A stretch of 61,209 nucleotides of DNA, filler included. It is 6 parts of 6 records of this genome, joined end to end, with 100 filler letters (N's around TTAATTAATTAA, not from the genome) between each part and the next. Parts side by side here need not be neighbours in the genome. Positions count along the whole stretch, not along the records: positions 18,900 to 30,595 come from SRR31156797_30168; 5 more parts are not named here. One strand, 5' to 3'. A program made the translations under genes and the position numbers. The notes under the pieces were generated by a model. It searched no databases, had not been told where the DNA came from, and was given only the letters and a program-made list of their open reading frames with translations. This document shows positions 18,901 to 30,695 of this stretch, one piece after another. Each line of letters begins with the position of its first letter. Position 1 is the stretch's first letter.

Positions 18901-20994
18901 TCCATCACAATTGAAACAGGAAAATTAGCCAAACAAGCCGACGGTTCTGTAGTTGTTAAAATGAATAATACTTATTTATTGGCGACTGTAGTATCTGCAA
19001 AAGATGCAGCTCCTGGTGTTGATTTTATGCCCCTGTCTGTTGAATACAGAGAAAAGTTTTCGGCTATAGGTCGTTTCCCTGGCGGATTTATGAAAAGAGA
19101 GGCTCGTCCTTCAGATAATGAAATTTTAGTATGTCGTTTAGTCGACAGAGCATTACGTCCTTTGTTTCCAGAGGATTATCATGCAGAAACATTTGTAACA
19201 ATTAACCTGGTTTCAGGAGATAAAGAAGATTTACCGGATGCATTGGCTGGTTTAGCTGCTTCAGCTGCATTAGCGGTATCAGATATTCCATTTAACGGTC
19301 CAATTTCAGAAGTTCGTGTAGCAAGGGTTAACGGTGAGTTAATCGTTAATCCAACACGTACGCAAATGGAAGAGGCAGATATGGAGCTTGTTGTAGGTGC
19401 TACCATGGAAAATATTTTGATGGTAGAAGGTGAGATGGATGAAGTTTCGGAGCAGGAAATGCTTGAAGCTATGAAAGTGGCACATGATGCAATTAAAGTT
19501 CAGTGTCAGGCTCAGATTGAATTGGCAGAAATGGTTGGTTCAACTGAAAAGCGAGAGTATTGCCACGAAGAAAATGATGCAGAATTGATGGCACATATCA
19601 AAGCTGCCACTTACGATAAAGTTTACGAAGTTGCTAAAGCAGGTCTTCCAAAGCATGAGCGTGCTGATAAATTTGCTGCTATCAAAGAAGAATATATTGC
19701 TGCTAATTATGATGCAGAAGATGATTCTGTTGAAATACCATCTGAATTGATTGGTAAGTATTATCATGATGTAGAAAAAGAGGCAGTTCGTCGTTGTGTT
19801 TTAGATGAAAGAGTGCGTTTAGATGGTCGTAAAACAGATGAGATTCGTCCTATCTGGAGTGAAGTAGACTATTTACCAGGTCCTCACGGTTCATCAATTT
19901 TTACTCGTGGTGAAACACAATCTTTATCAACAGTTACTTTAGGTACTAAGTTAGATGAGAAAATTGTTGATGATGTTTTAAATAAAACAGTAGAACGTTT
20001 CTTATTACACTATAATTTCCCTCCATTCTCAACCGGTGATGCAAGAGCGTCAAGAGGAACCAGCCGTCGTGAGATTGGTCACGGAAACCTGGCATTTAGA
20101 GCACTAAAAAGAATGTTGCCTAAGGATTATCCATATACAGTGCGTATTATGTCAGATATTTTGGAGTCTAATGGTTCATCTTCAATGGCTACCGTATGTG
20201 CAGGAACCTTAGCGTTAATGGATGCTGGTGTACCTATTAAAAAGCCGGTAACTGGTATCGCTATGGGATTGATTACAGATGCTGATAAGAACTTTGCTGT
20301 ACTTTCAGATATTCTTGGTGACGAAGATCACTTAGGAGATATGGACTTTAAAGTAACTGGTACCAAAGATGGTATTACAGCTACACAAATGGATATTAAG
20401 GTAGACGGTCTTTCATATGAAGTATTGGAGAAAGCACTTCTTCAGGCAAGAGATGGTAGATTGCATATCATGGATAAGATCATGGAAACCATGAGTGAAC
20501 CAAGAGAAGATCTTAAACCTCATGCTCCTCGTATCGAAACCATTACAATTCCTAAAGATATGATTGGTGCAGTAATTGGACCTGGAGGAAAAATCATTCA
20601 GGAAATCCAATCTACTACAGAATCAACAATTACTATTGAAGAGAGTGGAGATGTTGGTATTGTGAATGTTTCTGCAGATAATGCTGCTTCAATTAATGCA
20701 GCATTGGCAAAAATTAAAGGTATTGTAGCAGTTCCTGAAGTAGGAGAGGTGTACAAAGGAAAAGTGAAATCAATTGTTCCATTTGGTGCATTTGTTGAAA
20801 TTCTTCCTGGAAAAGAAGGTTTATTGCATATCTCTGAAATTGAGTGGAAGCGCCTTGAAAAAGTAGAAGATGTGCTTAAAGAAGGTGAAGAAGTGGAAGT
20901 GAAATTAATTGAAGTTGATCAAAGATCAGGTAAATTAAAACTTTCAAGAAAGGTATTATTGCCAAGACCAGAGCGTAAGCCGAAAAAAGACTAG
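18901..20994 (+). CDS. pnp: polyribonucleotide nucleotidyltransferase (5'-truncated by gap)
   Basis: Frame open from [51 protein letters not shown] and S1 domains. Confidence 0.98.
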   Translation, partial: SITIETGKLAKQADGSVVVKMNNTYLLATVVSAKDAAPGVDFMPLSVEYREKFSAIGRFPGGFMKREARPSDNEILVCRLVDRALRPLFPEDYHAETFVTINLVSGDKEDLPDALAGLAASAALAVSDIPFNGPISEVRVARVNGELIVNPTRTQMEEADMELVVGATMENILMVEGEMDEVSEQEMLEAMKVAHDAIKVQCQAQIELAEMVGSTEKREYCHEENDAELMAHIKAATYDKVYEVAKAGLPKHERADKFAAIKEEYIAANYDAEDDSVEIPSELIGKYYHDVEKEAVRRCVLDERVRLDGRKTDEIRPIWSEVDYLPGPHGSSIFTRGETQSLSTVTLGTKLDEKIVDDVLNKTVERFLLHYNFPPFSTGDARASRGTSRREIGHGNLAFRALKRMLPKDYPYTVRIMSDILESNGSSSMATVCAGTLALMDAGVPIKKPVTGIAMGLITDADKNFAVLSDILGDEDHLGDMDFKVTGTKDGITATQMDIKVDGLSYEVLEKALLQARDGRLHIMDKIMETMSEPREDLKPHAPRIETITIPKDMIGAVIGPGGKIIQEIQSTTESTITIEESGDVGIVNVSADNAASINAALAKIKGIVAVPEVGEVYKGKVKSIVPFGAFVEILPGKEGLLHISEIEWKRLEKVEDVLKEGEEVEVKLIEVDQRSGKLKLSRKVLLPRPERKPKKD

Positions 20995-21015
20995 TTTTTG
21001 AACTATCACATATTG

Positions 21016-21042
21016 AAAAAAGGCCGTAAGGCCTTTTTTTTT
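21016..21042 (+). terminator. intrinsic terminator after pnp
   Basis: AAAAAAGGCC-GTAA-GGCCTTTTTTTTT. Confidence 0.9.
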
Positions 21043-21108
21043 GCTTGAAAACTAAATTAGTCTCAAATTGTTATTAGCAAAATAAATCGATTAATATATT
21101 AAGATAAG

Positions 21109-21588
21109 ATGATGCAATATCAGGAGTGGATGGATGAGTTAGAACAGAAAGCGGTGAAGTTGCCTAGAATTCAAGCGGCCTTGTCGAATTTTGAAGTTCT
21201 TCCACGTTTAGGTAAGTTGTTGGAAAAGAAAGCAACAAGTTGTCCCGAATGCAAAATATATTGGAAAAAAATACAAGATGCTACGGAACATCTTGATCAG
21301 TTTTTTGATGATGGCAATAGGTATGCTATTGAATTTGATAATCTGGTTGAAGAGATTATGAAACATCTCAAAAGTCAACATGGTATTCGTCCCAAAGGTT
21401 TTGTATTGTCGGTATATACTGTATTAGGTATGGTTGCTGGAGTTTTAATAGGTTTGTTTATTGGAGGTTTCGTTTTAAGCTCCATGAAAGGTGGCGTGAT
21501 TTTAGGTTGGCTATTAGGATTGATGGTGGGTTGGTTTACTGGTAAAGTAAAGGAAGAGCGGTTGAGGAAGAACAACCAGATATTTTAG
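21109..21588 (+). CDS. hypothetical membrane protein (CxxC plus two C-terminal TMs)
   Basis: SCPEC motif; Gly-rich hydrophobic helices. Confidence 0.7.
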   Translation: MMQYQEWMDELEQKAVKLPRIQAALSNFEVLPRLGKLLEKKATSCPECKIYWKKIQDATEHLDQFFDDGNRYAIEFDNLVEEIMKHLKSQHGIRPKGFVLSVYTVLGMVAGVLIGLFIGGFVLSSMKGGVILGWLLGLMVGWFTGKVKEERLRKNNQIF

Positions 21589-21725
21589 TTCTGATTTATT
21601 AAGAAGGAAATGCATAATAACATTTGATCCCCACAAATGCTATTGTTTGTTCAATCATATGATAAAAACCAACACTATAAATCAAGTGAGGAAAAATTAT
21701 ATTTCTAAATTTTAATCTTTAAAGT

Positions 21726-23864
21726 ATGTCTCCCAAAACAATCAACAAAATCTCAAGTGTCATTTTAGGACTCTTAGTGATGTCGTGTAGTACAAATACA
21801 GAAATGGAAAAATTAAACTATCCAATAACCGCCAAAGTTGATTCTGTAGATGAATACTTTGGAACAAAAGTAGCAGATCCCTATCGTTGGCTCGAAGATG
21901 ATATGTCGGAAGAAACCAAGGCTTGGGTCATTGAACAAAACAAAGTGACAGATGCATATCTTGAAAAAATTCCTTTTCGAAGCAGTATTGAAAATCGATT
22001 AACAGAAATCTGGAATTATGAGAAGATGGGCGTCCCAACACATATTTCAGGGTTAATTGTTTACTCTAAAAATGATGGACTTCAGGATCAATCCGTATTT
22101 TATTATAAAGAATCGGATGGAGCTGAGGAAAAAGTGTTAATTGATCCTAACGCTTTATCGGAAGATGGGACAGTGGCTTTAAGTTCATTAAAAATTTCAA
22201 AAAACGGAAAATATCTTGCTTACTCCATTTCAAGAAGTGGATCAGACTGGCAGGAAATCTTTGTTAAAGAAATAGCATCTGGAAAAATGTTGGACGATCA
22301 TATAGATTGGGTTAAGTTTTCAAGTATTTCATGGTATAAGGATGGATTTTTCTATTCCAGATTCGAAGAGCCTAAAGAAGGTGATGAACTAACGGCAGAA
22401 AATAAAAGTCCTAAACTATGTTATCACCAATTAGGAACAGATGTAAATAGCGATAAAATTATTTTTGAAGATAAGCTTCATCCTAACAGATTGGTAGATG
22501 CATCAGTGACAAAAGATGAAGAATTCTTGGTTATTTATCAAACAGAATCTACGAGCGGAAATTCAATGTACTTGAAGGATTTGACTGTAGAATCTTCTGA
22601 AATTATTAAAGTCGTAGATAGTTTTGAGTTTGATCACCGTTTACTCGATCATCAAAATGGTGATTTTTTAGTAAAGACTAATTATAAAGCTCCCAAAGAA
22701 AGGTTAATTAAATTCACTCTAAAGAAGCCTCAGCTGGAAAACTGGCAAGATGTTATACCAGAACAGGAGGAAGTGCTAGGTAGTGTTTCGGTTAAAAGTA
22801 ATAAGCTGATTGCTCAATATATGAAAGATGCGCATGATATTGTTAAAGTATTTAATCGAAGTGGGAATTATTTATATGATGTAGAATTACCTTCAATTGG
22901 CTCTGTAGGTGGATTTGGTGGAGAAAAAGAGGATGAAGAAACTTATTTCGTATTTACATCATTTGTGTATCCATCTGCCATATATAAGTATAATATTGCG
23001 GATAACACATCTGAATTATATTGGAAACCTGAATTAGGAATTGATTTTGAACAATATACAACCAAGCAGGTATTTTTTACAAGTAAGGATGGAACTAAAA
23101 TTCCAATGTTTATAACGCATAAAAAAGGTTTGAAACTAGATGGTAGCAATCCAACTATGTTATATGGTTATGGAGGTTTTAATGTTTCTTTAACGCCATC
23201 CTTTTCTGTAAGCAGAATGGTGCTGTTGGAAAATGACGGTATATATGCCATGGTTAATTTAAGAGGTGGTGGTGAATATGGAAAGGACTGGCATCAGGCA
23301 GGAACTAAACTAAAGAAACAAAATGTGTTTGATGATTGTATTGCCGCCGCAGAATACTTGATTGCAGAAAAATATACCTCACCAAATAAATTAGCTGTTC
23401 ATGGCGGTTCTAATGGTGGTTTACTTGTTGGAGCTGTCACAAATCAAAGGCCGGATTTGTTTAAAGTGGCTTTGCCCGCAGTAGGGGTAATGGATATGTT
23501 ACGTTATCATAAATTTACAATAGGAAGATTTTGGGCTGCAGATTATGGAACATCGGAAGAAAGTAAGGAGATGTTTGAATACTTGTATGCTTACTCTCCG
23601 GTGCATAATGTAAAAAAAGATATAGCATATCCAGCAGTGATGGTTATGACAGCAGATCATGATGATAGAGTTGTGCCTGCCCATTCTTTTAAATATATAG
23701 CAGCCTTGCAAGATAGTTATACAGGTAACAATCCGGTGATTATTCGTATAGAAAGCAAAGCAGGGCATGGTGCCGGAAAGCCAACAAGTAAAAAAATTGA
23801 AGAGGCAGCAGATTTGTGGTCGTTTATGTTGTATAACATGAATGAAAGACCAAAGTACGAATAG
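21726..23864 (+). CDS. prolyl oligopeptidase (S9A) lipoprotein
   Basis: VADPYRWLED, YGYGGF, NLRGGGEYG, GGSNGG nucleophile, DHDDRV, AGHG; lipobox LVMSC. Confidence 0.96.
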   Translation: MSPKTINKISSVILGLLVMSCSTNTEMEKLNYPITAKVDSVDEYFGTKVADPYRWLEDDMSEETKAWVIEQNKVTDAYLEKIPFRSSIENRLTEIWNYEKMGVPTHISGLIVYSKNDGLQDQSVFYYKESDGAEEKVLIDPNALSEDGTVALSSLKISKNGKYLAYSISRSGSDWQEIFVKEIASGKMLDDHIDWVKFSSISWYKDGFFYSRFEEPKEGDELTAENKSPKLCYHQLGTDVNSDKIIFEDKLHPNRLVDASVTKDEEFLVIYQTESTSGNSMYLKDLTVESSEIIKVVDSFEFDHRLLDHQNGDFLVKTNYKAPKERLIKFTLKKPQLENWQDVIPEQEEVLGSVSVKSNKLIAQYMKDAHDIVKVFNRSGNYLYDVELPSIGSVGGFGGEKEDEETYFVFTSFVYPSAIYKYNIADNTSELYWKPELGIDFEQYTTKQVFFTSKDGTKIPMFITHKKGLKLDGSNPTMLYGYGGFNVSLTPSFSVSRMVLLENDGIYAMVNLRGGGEYGKDWHQAGTKLKKQNVFDDCIAAAEYLIAEKYTSPNKLAVHGGSNGGLLVGAVTNQRPDLFKVALPAVGVMDMLRYHKFTIGRFWAADYGTSEESKEMFEYLYAYSPVHNVKKDIAYPAVMVMTADHDDRVVPAHSFKYIAALQDSYTGNNPVIIRIESKAGHGAGKPTSKKIEEAADLWSFMLYNMNERPKYE

Positions 23865-23873
23865 CAAAGTTTA

Positions 23874-24524
23874 ATGAGTAAAACGTCAGAAGCAAAAAAT
23901 CGTTTAGTTGTAATAGAAGGTAATATTGGAGCAGGTAAAACAACCCTAGCTACCAAACTATCATCTGATTTAAATGCCAGGCTGGTATTGGAAACATTTG
24001 AAGATAATCCTTTTTTACCCAAGTTTTATAAAGATAAAAAAAGGTATGCCTTTCCATTGGAATTGTCATTTTTAGCAGCACGTTATAAGCAACTAAAACA
24101 GGACTTAGAACAAGGTGACCTGTTTAAAAGTGTAACTGTTTCTGATTATTATTTGATGAAGTCCTTTATTTTTGCTAAAATTACGTTGCCAGATGATGAG
24201 TTTCAGCTGTACAGGCAGTTTTTTGATATGATTCGCAGTTTTTTGGTTAAGCCGGATGTAATGTTTTATCTGCATCGGGATATTTCAAAACTCAAAGAAA
24301 ATATCAATAAAAGAGGACGATCATATGAACTTGAAATGGAAGAAGAATACTTATCATTGGTGTCTAGAGGCTATTTTAACTACTTTAAAGAAGTTCGGGA
24401 TTTCCCGGTGGTAATTATTGATGCTACAAGTGCTGATTTTCATTTAGAATCGCATTATCAGGCATTTAAAAAATTACAGGATTATCCATTTTCCAATGGT
24501 ATAACCAATATAAAAATTACATAA
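23874..24524 (+). CDS. deoxynucleoside kinase
   Basis: IEGNIGAGKTTL, NPFLPKFY, ELSFLAARY, KRGRSYE. Confidence 0.92.
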   Translation: MSKTSEAKNRLVVIEGNIGAGKTTLATKLSSDLNARLVLETFEDNPFLPKFYKDKKRYAFPLELSFLAARYKQLKQDLEQGDLFKSVTVSDYYLMKSFIFAKITLPDDEFQLYRQFFDMIRSFLVKPDVMFYLHRDISKLKENINKRGRSYELEMEEEYLSLVSRGYFNYFKEVRDFPVVIIDATSADFHLESHYQAFKKLQDYPFSNGITNIKIT

Positions 24525-24635
24525 GCATTTTATTAAGTAAAAATGAATGTGGTTTTATAAAGAATAATTGGTCAGTTTTGGATAAAAATATATGATTAAA
24601 TTTTAAGGTGATTGCTATTATTTTCCTAGAATATC

Positions 24636-24643
24636 TATATTTG
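24636..24643 (+). promoter_or_regulatory. Bacteroidota -7 promoter box (TAnnTTTG)
   Basis: TATATTTG upstream of 24742; a second TAAATTTG lies near 24685. Confidence 0.5.
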
Positions 24644-24741
24644 CAATAAATGAGAGTGAACCTTTTATTTTTTTAAAACATTATTAAATTTGTAAAAAAC
24701 TTATCGAAAGTTAATTGAAAACACATAATTAGGTTAATATT

Positions 24742-26463
24742 ATGAAACAATCAAGAATCAATGTTTTTGCTTCGATAGCTTTGGCAGCGTTACTAGCTAG
24801 CTGTGCAGGCTTAAACAAAATGAAAAGTAAAGCACAAGATGTAACATATACCGTTACTCCAGAAGTGTTAGAAGCACATGCTGGAAAAGTAGATGTTACC
24901 ATTAAGGTAAAAGTGCCTGAAAACTACATGGATAAAAAAGCTATTGTAGAACTTACTCCAGTGTTGAAGTATGACGGTGGTGAAACTGCATTTCCTGCTA
25001 AAACTGTTCAAGGTGAAAGCGCTGAAGGAAATAATCAAGTGATCTCTTACCTTAACGGTGGTCAGTATACTTACACTGGATCAGTACCTTACAACGATAA
25101 CATGAAGGTATCTAACCTAGTTGTACGTATCAAAGCATCTAAAGGTGGTGAGAGTATTGATTTTGATGATGTTAAAATTGCTGATGGTGTAATCGCAACT
25201 TCTGATTTAGTAAAAGATCAAGGTTCTGCTGCTTCTATCGGTAAAGATAACTTTAAAAGAATTGTGCCTGAGACTCAAGGTGCTGATATCTTTTTCTTAA
25301 TTCAACAAGCTGCTCTTCGCGGTACTGAATTAAGAAAAGAAGAGATTAAAGCATTAAAAGATTATATCAAAGAAGCAGAGGCTGCTGAAAACAAAAAATT
25401 CACAGGTGTTTCTATTTCTGCTTATGCTTCTCCTGATGGTCCAACTGATTTGAATACTAGCTTATCAGAAAAAAGACAAAAGGTTGCTAAAGGATATTTA
25501 GCTAAAGAATTAAAAAGAGCTAAAGTAGATGGTTCTGCAGAAGGTTTCTTCGATCTTAAAAATACTCCAGAAGACTGGGAAGGATTTAAAGCTTTAATGG
25601 AAGCTTCAAGCATCCAGGATAAAGAGCTTATCTTAAGAGTTCTTTCTATGTACTCAGATCCTGAAGTAAGAGAGAAAGAAATCAAAAACATGTCAGAAAC
25701 TTACAAAGTAATTGCTGATGATATCTTACCTCAGTTACGTCGTTCTAAAGTGGCTGTTAACGTTGAAGTAATTGGTAAGTCTGATGAGGAAATTGCAGAA
25801 TTAGCTTCTTCTGATGCTTCAGCTTTAAATGTAGAAGAGTTATTATATGCTGCTACTTTAACTGAAGATTTAGATGAGCAATTAACTATCTATAAAAAAG
25901 TAAACGAAGTATTTCCTAAATGTTGGAGAGGTTATAACAACGTTGCTTATGTTTTAGTTAAGCAAGATAAATTAGATGATGCTAAAGTTGCTTTAGAAAA
26001 AGCAAATGAAATTAGCGCAGGAAACGCTGTAGTAAGTAATAACCTTGGTGTAATTGCTCTTCGTCAGGGTGATTTAGCTAAAGCTGAAGAGTATTTTGGC
26101 GCTGCTGCAGGTGTTGGTCCTGAATTAGATAATAACTTAGGTATTTTATCTATCCACAAAGGAGACTATGATGCTGCTATGCGTTACTTCGGAAATAGCA
26201 CAAACTGCAATGCTGCTCTAGCTAAAATTTTAGCTGGTAAGTATGATGCTGCTTTGTCTACTTTAAATGCTAATACAATGGAAGTAGGATTTAAATACTA
26301 TTTAAAAGCTATCGTTGGTGCTCGCACTGCTGATAATGATTTAGTATTTGATAGCTTACGTAAAGCCATTGAATTAGATGGATCTTTAAAAGAAGCTGCT
26401 GCTAAAGATATGGAATTCGGTAAATTCCTAGAGGATGCTGCTTTTAAAGCAATCATTCAGTAA
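24742..26463 (+). CDS. Bacteroidota TPR lipoprotein with OmpA-like domain
   Basis: Lipobox LASC; SAYASPDG..N..LSEKR; EDWEGF; C-terminal TPRs; strongly biased codon usage. Confidence 0.88.
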   Translation: MKQSRINVFASIALAALLASCAGLNKMKSKAQDVTYTVTPEVLEAHAGKVDVTIKVKVPENYMDKKAIVELTPVLKYDGGETAFPAKTVQGESAEGNNQVISYLNGGQYTYTGSVPYNDNMKVSNLVVRIKASKGGESIDFDDVKIADGVIATSDLVKDQGSAASIGKDNFKRIVPETQGADIFFLIQQAALRGTELRKEEIKALKDYIKEAEAAENKKFTGVSISAYASPDGPTDLNTSLSEKRQKVAKGYLAKELKRAKVDGSAEGFFDLKNTPEDWEGFKALMEASSIQDKELILRVLSMYSDPEVREKEIKNMSETYKVIADDILPQLRRSKVAVNVEVIGKSDEEIAELASSDASALNVEELLYAATLTEDLDEQLTIYKKVNEVFPKCWRGYNNVAYVLVKQDKLDDAKVALEKANEISAGNAVVSNNLGVIALRQGDLAKAEEYFGAAAGVGPELDNNLGILSIHKGDYDAAMRYFGNSTNCNAALAKILAGKYDAALSTLNANTMEVGFKYYLKAIVGARTADNDLVFDSLRKAIELDGSLKEAAAKDMEFGKFLEDAAFKAIIQ

Positions 26464-26490
26464 TTTAAGAGAGAATTCTTATAAAATAAG

Positions 26491-26521
26491 AAGAGACTGT
26501 CCGTTTGGGCAGTCTCTTTTT
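26491..26521 (+). terminator. intrinsic terminator
   Basis: AAGAGACTGTCC-GTTT-GGGCAGTCTCTTTTT. Confidence 0.85.
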
Positions 26522-26606
26522 GTTTTATCTATAAGTGGAATGTTTGTATAGAATACAAATATGGAACATCTAAGTATGGAATATTAGCACATTTTCTAAT
26601 TAATTT

Positions 26607-27143
26607 TTAAATCAGATTTCTGATGTATTTAGCAGCCTCCCATAATACTATCCCGGCACTTACACTAATATTTAATGAATGCTTTGTTCCAAATTGAGGA
26701 ATCTCAACACAGCCATCAGCATTATCAATAACAGATTGTTGAACCCCCTTAACTTCATTGCCAAATATTAAAGCAATTTTAGAGCCGTCTTTGGGTTTAA
26801 AATCCAATAAAGAAGTACTTCCTTCAGCTTGTTCAACGCAATAGACCATATAGCCTTTTTCTTGCAGTTGTTTGAGAGCTTTATTGGTATCTTCGTAATA
26901 GCTCCATAACATAGAATCTTCTGCTCCTAAAGCTGTTTTGTGAATATCATTGTGAGGAGGAGTGGGGGTTATACCGCATAGATAGATTTCCTGAAGGCAT
27001 AATGCATCAGATGTTCTAAAAACTGAACCTACATTATTTAAACTTCTTACATTATCTAAAACAACAACTATCGGAGTTTTAGAGCTTTCTTTGAACTCTT
27101 CAAGCGTTAGCCTGTTTAATTCTTTGTTACGTAGTTTTCGCAT
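26607..27143 (-). CDS. SpoU/TrmH-family RNA methyltransferase
   Basis: LDNVRSLNNVGSVFRT, FGNEVKGV, IPQFGTKHSLNISV. Confidence 0.93.
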   Translation of the reverse strand: MRKLRNKELNRLTLEEFKESSKTPIVVVLDNVRSLNNVGSVFRTSDALCLQEIYLCGITPTPPHNDIHKTALGAEDSMLWSYYEDTNKALKQLQEKGYMVYCVEQAEGSTSLLDFKPKDGSKIALIFGNEVKGVQQSVIDNADGCVEIPQFGTKHSLNISVSAGIVLWEAAKYIRNLI

Positions 27144-27251
27144 TTGCAATCAAATTATGGAGTGCAAAAATAAATAATTTACTTTATTTTTTATGTGAAT
27201 TCAAAATTGTACTTTAACAAAAAGAATAACCATTTTAAATCTATATCTATC

Positions 27252-28442
27252 ATGAACATACACGAATACCAAGGTCAGGAGATTTTAAAAAGATACGGTG
27301 TCAGAGTATCTGAAGGTATTGTTGCTGACAATCCGGATGATGCAGTAAGGGCAGCCAAACAATTACAAAAAGAAACAGGAACAGATATTTGGGTGGTAAA
27401 AGCTCAGATTCATGCCGGAGGTAGAGGAAAAGGTGGTGGTGTAAAAGTGGCTAAATCTTTAGACGAAGTAAAGGAGATCTCGAAGCAAATATTGGGAATG
27501 CAACTGATTACGCATCAGACCGGACCAGAGGGAAAACAAGTAAATAAGGTTTTGATAGCTCAAAATGTTTTTTATCCAGGAGAATCAGAACCTGAGGAAT
27601 ATTATATGAGTGTGTTGTTGAATAGAAATACCGGAAGGAACATAATTATGTATTCAACAGAAGGAGGAATGGATATTGAGACGGTTGCAGCAGAAACTCC
27701 GCATTTGATTTTTAAAGAAGAAATTGATCCGGCTTCCGGTGTACTTCCTTTTCAGGCACGTAGAATAGCTTTTAATCTGGGTTTGTCAGGGATGGCCTTT
27801 AAAAAGATGCTTAAGTTTGTGCCTGCTCTTTATAATGCATACGAAGGAGCTGATGCGTCATTGGTAGAAATTAATCCGGTATTAAAAACATCTGACAATT
27901 TAATCATGGCTATTGATGCTAAATTGAATCTGGATGACAATGCGCTGTACAGGCATCCTGATCTAGCAGAAATGAGAGATCTTTCAGAAGAAGATCCGGC
28001 CGAAATAGAAGCCTCAAAGCACAACTTAAATTTTGTAAAGCTGGATGGAAACGTTGGTTGTATGGTTAATGGAGCTGGTTTAGCTATGGCAACAATGGAT
28101 ATCATTAAATTATCAGGAGGAGATCCTGCTAACTTTTTGGATGTAGGAGGTGGTGCTAATGCTCAGACAGTAGAAGCCGGGCTAAAAATCATTTTAGCAG
28201 ATCCTAATGTAAAAGCCATTTTAATTAATATTTTTGGTGGTATAGTGCGATGTGATCGTGTGGCGAATGGGGTTGTAGAGGCTTATAAAAAGATAGGAGA
28301 AATAGATATACCTATCATAGTTCGTCTGCAAGGTACCAATGCTGAAGGAGGAAAAGAAATTATTGATGAATCGGGATTAAAGGTGTATTCGGCAATTACT
28401 TTGAAAGAGGCATCTGATTTAGTACAAGAACTTGTTGGTTAA
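27252..28442 (+). CDS. sucC: succinyl-CoA ligase beta subunit
   Basis: MNIHEYQ, KAQIHAGGRGKGGGV, GCMVNGAGLAMATMD, NIFGGIVRCD. Confidence 0.97.
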   Translation: MNIHEYQGQEILKRYGVRVSEGIVADNPDDAVRAAKQLQKETGTDIWVVKAQIHAGGRGKGGGVKVAKSLDEVKEISKQILGMQLITHQTGPEGKQVNKVLIAQNVFYPGESEPEEYYMSVLLNRNTGRNIIMYSTEGGMDIETVAAETPHLIFKEEIDPASGVLPFQARRIAFNLGLSGMAFKKMLKFVPALYNAYEGADASLVEINPVLKTSDNLIMAIDAKLNLDDNALYRHPDLAEMRDLSEEDPAEIEASKHNLNFVKLDGNVGCMVNGAGLAMATMDIIKLSGGDPANFLDVGGGANAQTVEAGLKIILADPNVKAILINIFGGIVRCDRVANGVVEAYKKIGEIDIPIIVRLQGTNAEGGKEIIDESGLKVYSAITLKEASDLVQELVG

Positions 28443-28445
28443 ATA

Positions 28446-28477
28446 AAAAGTGGTGACTCAATCGAGTCACCACTTTT
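28446..28477. terminator. bidirectional intrinsic terminator
   Basis: AAAAGTGGTGACTC-AATC-GAGTCACCACTTTT between convergent genes. Confidence 0.9.
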
Positions 28478-28480
28478 GTT

Positions 28481-29449
28481 TTATACAGTTTCTTTTTTTG
28501 CTAAATACCAATCTACAAAAGCTTTTAATCCATCCTTTAAGGATGTTTGAGGTTTATACCCAAGCATTTTTTCTGCTTTACTTATATCTGCAAAAGTAAT
28601 ATTTACATCACCCGGTTGCATTGGAAGTTGCTCAATCTCCAGTTTTTGACCTGTGACTTCAGCAATTGCATGAATCAAATCAATGAGTTTAACAGGTGTA
28701 TTATTTCCTAAATTCATATTTTCAAAAACACCATCATTGCTTTTTAGGTATTTTATCGATTCAATGATTCCGGCAACAATATCATGAACAAAAGTATAAT
28801 CTCTAGCAGTAGATCCATCACCAAACATAGGAATTGATTCACCTTCGAATAATAATCGGGTAAATTTATTGATAGCTAAATCAGGTCTTTGTCTTGGGCC
28901 AAATACAGTGAAAAATCTAACATTTATAAAATCCAGTTTATATAAATGGTGATAAGTATGATTTAAAAGCTCACAAGATTTTTTAGAGAAAGCATAAGGC
29001 GATATTGGCATAGAAACATCCAACTTTTCATTCCATGGTGTGTCAGGAATATTTCCATAAACAGATGATGAACTGGCAAAAACCATTTTCTTCGAGCCAG
29101 TATCCTTCATTAAGTCAATAAGATTTCTTGTCGCACTAATATTATAATCAATATAGCTTTGAGGGTCTTCAATGGATGGTCTTACTCCTGCTTTCGCTGC
29201 CAAATGAACAATGCAATCAAATTTGTCGCTTAGTTTTGCTCTGACTAAGGATTCATCGCATAAATTAAACTCGTGAAAAGTAAAATTTGGATGTTGCAGA
29301 ATTGCTTCAATATTTTGTTCCTTTAGTTCTCGACTATAATATGGATCGAAATTATCTACACCAACTACTTGATAATTATTCTTTAAAAGTGTTTCAGATA
29401 AGTGAGATCCTATAAAACCAGCACAACCGGTTACTAATATTTTATCCAT
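28481..29449 (-). CDS. NAD-dependent epimerase (UDP-glucuronate 4-epimerase-like)
   Basis: VTGCAGFIGSH, HLAAKAGVRPS, ASSSSVYG, SPYAFSKK, GPRQRPDLA, QPGDV. Confidence 0.9.
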   Translation of the reverse strand: MDKILVTGCAGFIGSHLSETLLKNNYQVVGVDNFDPYYSRELKEQNIEAILQHPNFTFHEFNLCDESLVRAKLSDKFDCIVHLAAKAGVRPSIEDPQSYIDYNISATRNLIDLMKDTGSKKMVFASSSSVYGNIPDTPWNEKLDVSMPISPYAFSKKSCELLNHTYHHLYKLDFINVRFFTVFGPRQRPDLAINKFTRLLFEGESIPMFGDGSTARDYTFVHDIVAGIIESIKYLKSNDGVFENMNLGNNTPVKLIDLIHAIAEVTGQKLEIEQLPMQPGDVNITFADISKAEKMLGYKPQTSLKDGLKAFVDWYLAKKETV

Positions 29450-29632
29450 GAAAATCTTATTTGACACCAAATATATGTATTACAATAAAGAGACAAGGTA
29501 TTTTTTACATTAAAGTGAAATTATTTAAAGCTAAATAACCAATACTTAGGTTAAGCTGATAATAATTATAGACCAAGGTAGAAATACCTTATTTTGAAGG
29601 ATAAAAAACGAATTAAATTAGAATGATTTGAA

Positions 29633-29640
29633 TATCTTTG
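29633..29640 (+). promoter_or_regulatory. Bacteroidota -7 promoter box upstream of lepA
   Basis: TATCTTTG(CA). Confidence 0.55.
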
Positions 29641-29710
29641 CAAATTCAAAAGAAGGTAAATTATACCTATTTTGAGATGAAAAATATTTAGTGTACGGGA
29701 ATATCATATT

Positions 29711-30595
29711 ATGAAGAATATAAGAAATTTTTGCATCATAGCCCATATTGATCATGGTAAGAGTACTTTGGCGGACAGGCTGTTGGAATTTACTTCAACT
29801 GTATCCGAAAGAGAAGCTCAGGAACAAGTGCTGGACAATATGGATTTGGAAAGAGAGCGTGGTATTACTATTAAAAGTCATGCCATTCAGATGGACTATG
29901 AATTGGACGGTGAGAAATATGTATTAAATCTGATTGATACACCAGGACACGTTGACTTTTCATATGAAGTTTCCCGTTCTATCGCTGCCTGTGAAGGGGC
30001 TTTGTTAATTGTGGATTCTACGCAAGGTATTCAAGCGCAAACAATCTCCAATTTGTATCAGGCGATAGAGCACGATTTACATATTATTCCGGTAATGAAT
30101 AAAATGGATTTACCGAATGCGATGCCGGATGAAGTAGAGGATCAGATTATTGACCTAATTGGAGGAAGCAGAGAAGATATAGTAAGAGCCAGTGGGAAAA
30201 CCGGTCAGGGAGTAGATGAAATTCTTAGAGCAATTATTGAAAAAGTTCCAGCTCCGGTAGGAGATCCAAAGGAGCCTTTGCAGTGCCTTATTTTTGATTC
30301 TGTTTTTAATTCGTTTCGTGGTATTATAGCTTATTTTAAAGTTGTCAATGGAGAATTGCATAAAGGTGACCATGTAAAATTTATGGCTACCGGAAAAGAG
30401 TATTATGCAGATGAAATTGGTGTACTTCGTTTAGATATGGAGCCTAGGAAGGTTCTTAGAACAGGTGATGTAGGTTATATTATATCCGGCATCAAAACCA
30501 GTAAAGAGGTAAAAGTAGGTGATACTATTACGCATGTAAAAGGAGCTTGTGAAAAGCGAATTGAAGGTTTTGAAGAGGTAAAACCAATGGTATTT
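29711..30595 (+). CDS. lepA: translation elongation factor 4 (3'-truncated)
   Basis: [37 protein letters not shown]. Confidence 0.98.
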
Positions 30596-30695
30596 NNNNN
30601 NNNNNNNNNNNNNNNNNNNNNNNNNNNNNNNNNNNNNNNTTAATTAATTAANNNNNNNNNNNNNNNNNNNNNNNNNNNNNNNNNNNNNNNNNNNN
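30596..30695. other. artificial contig linker
   Basis: N-run with TTAATTAATTAA. Confidence 0.99.

Noticed and set aside
27252-28442. sucC without an adjacent sucD
   Set aside because: Separated sucC and sucD is ordinary in Bacteroidota.
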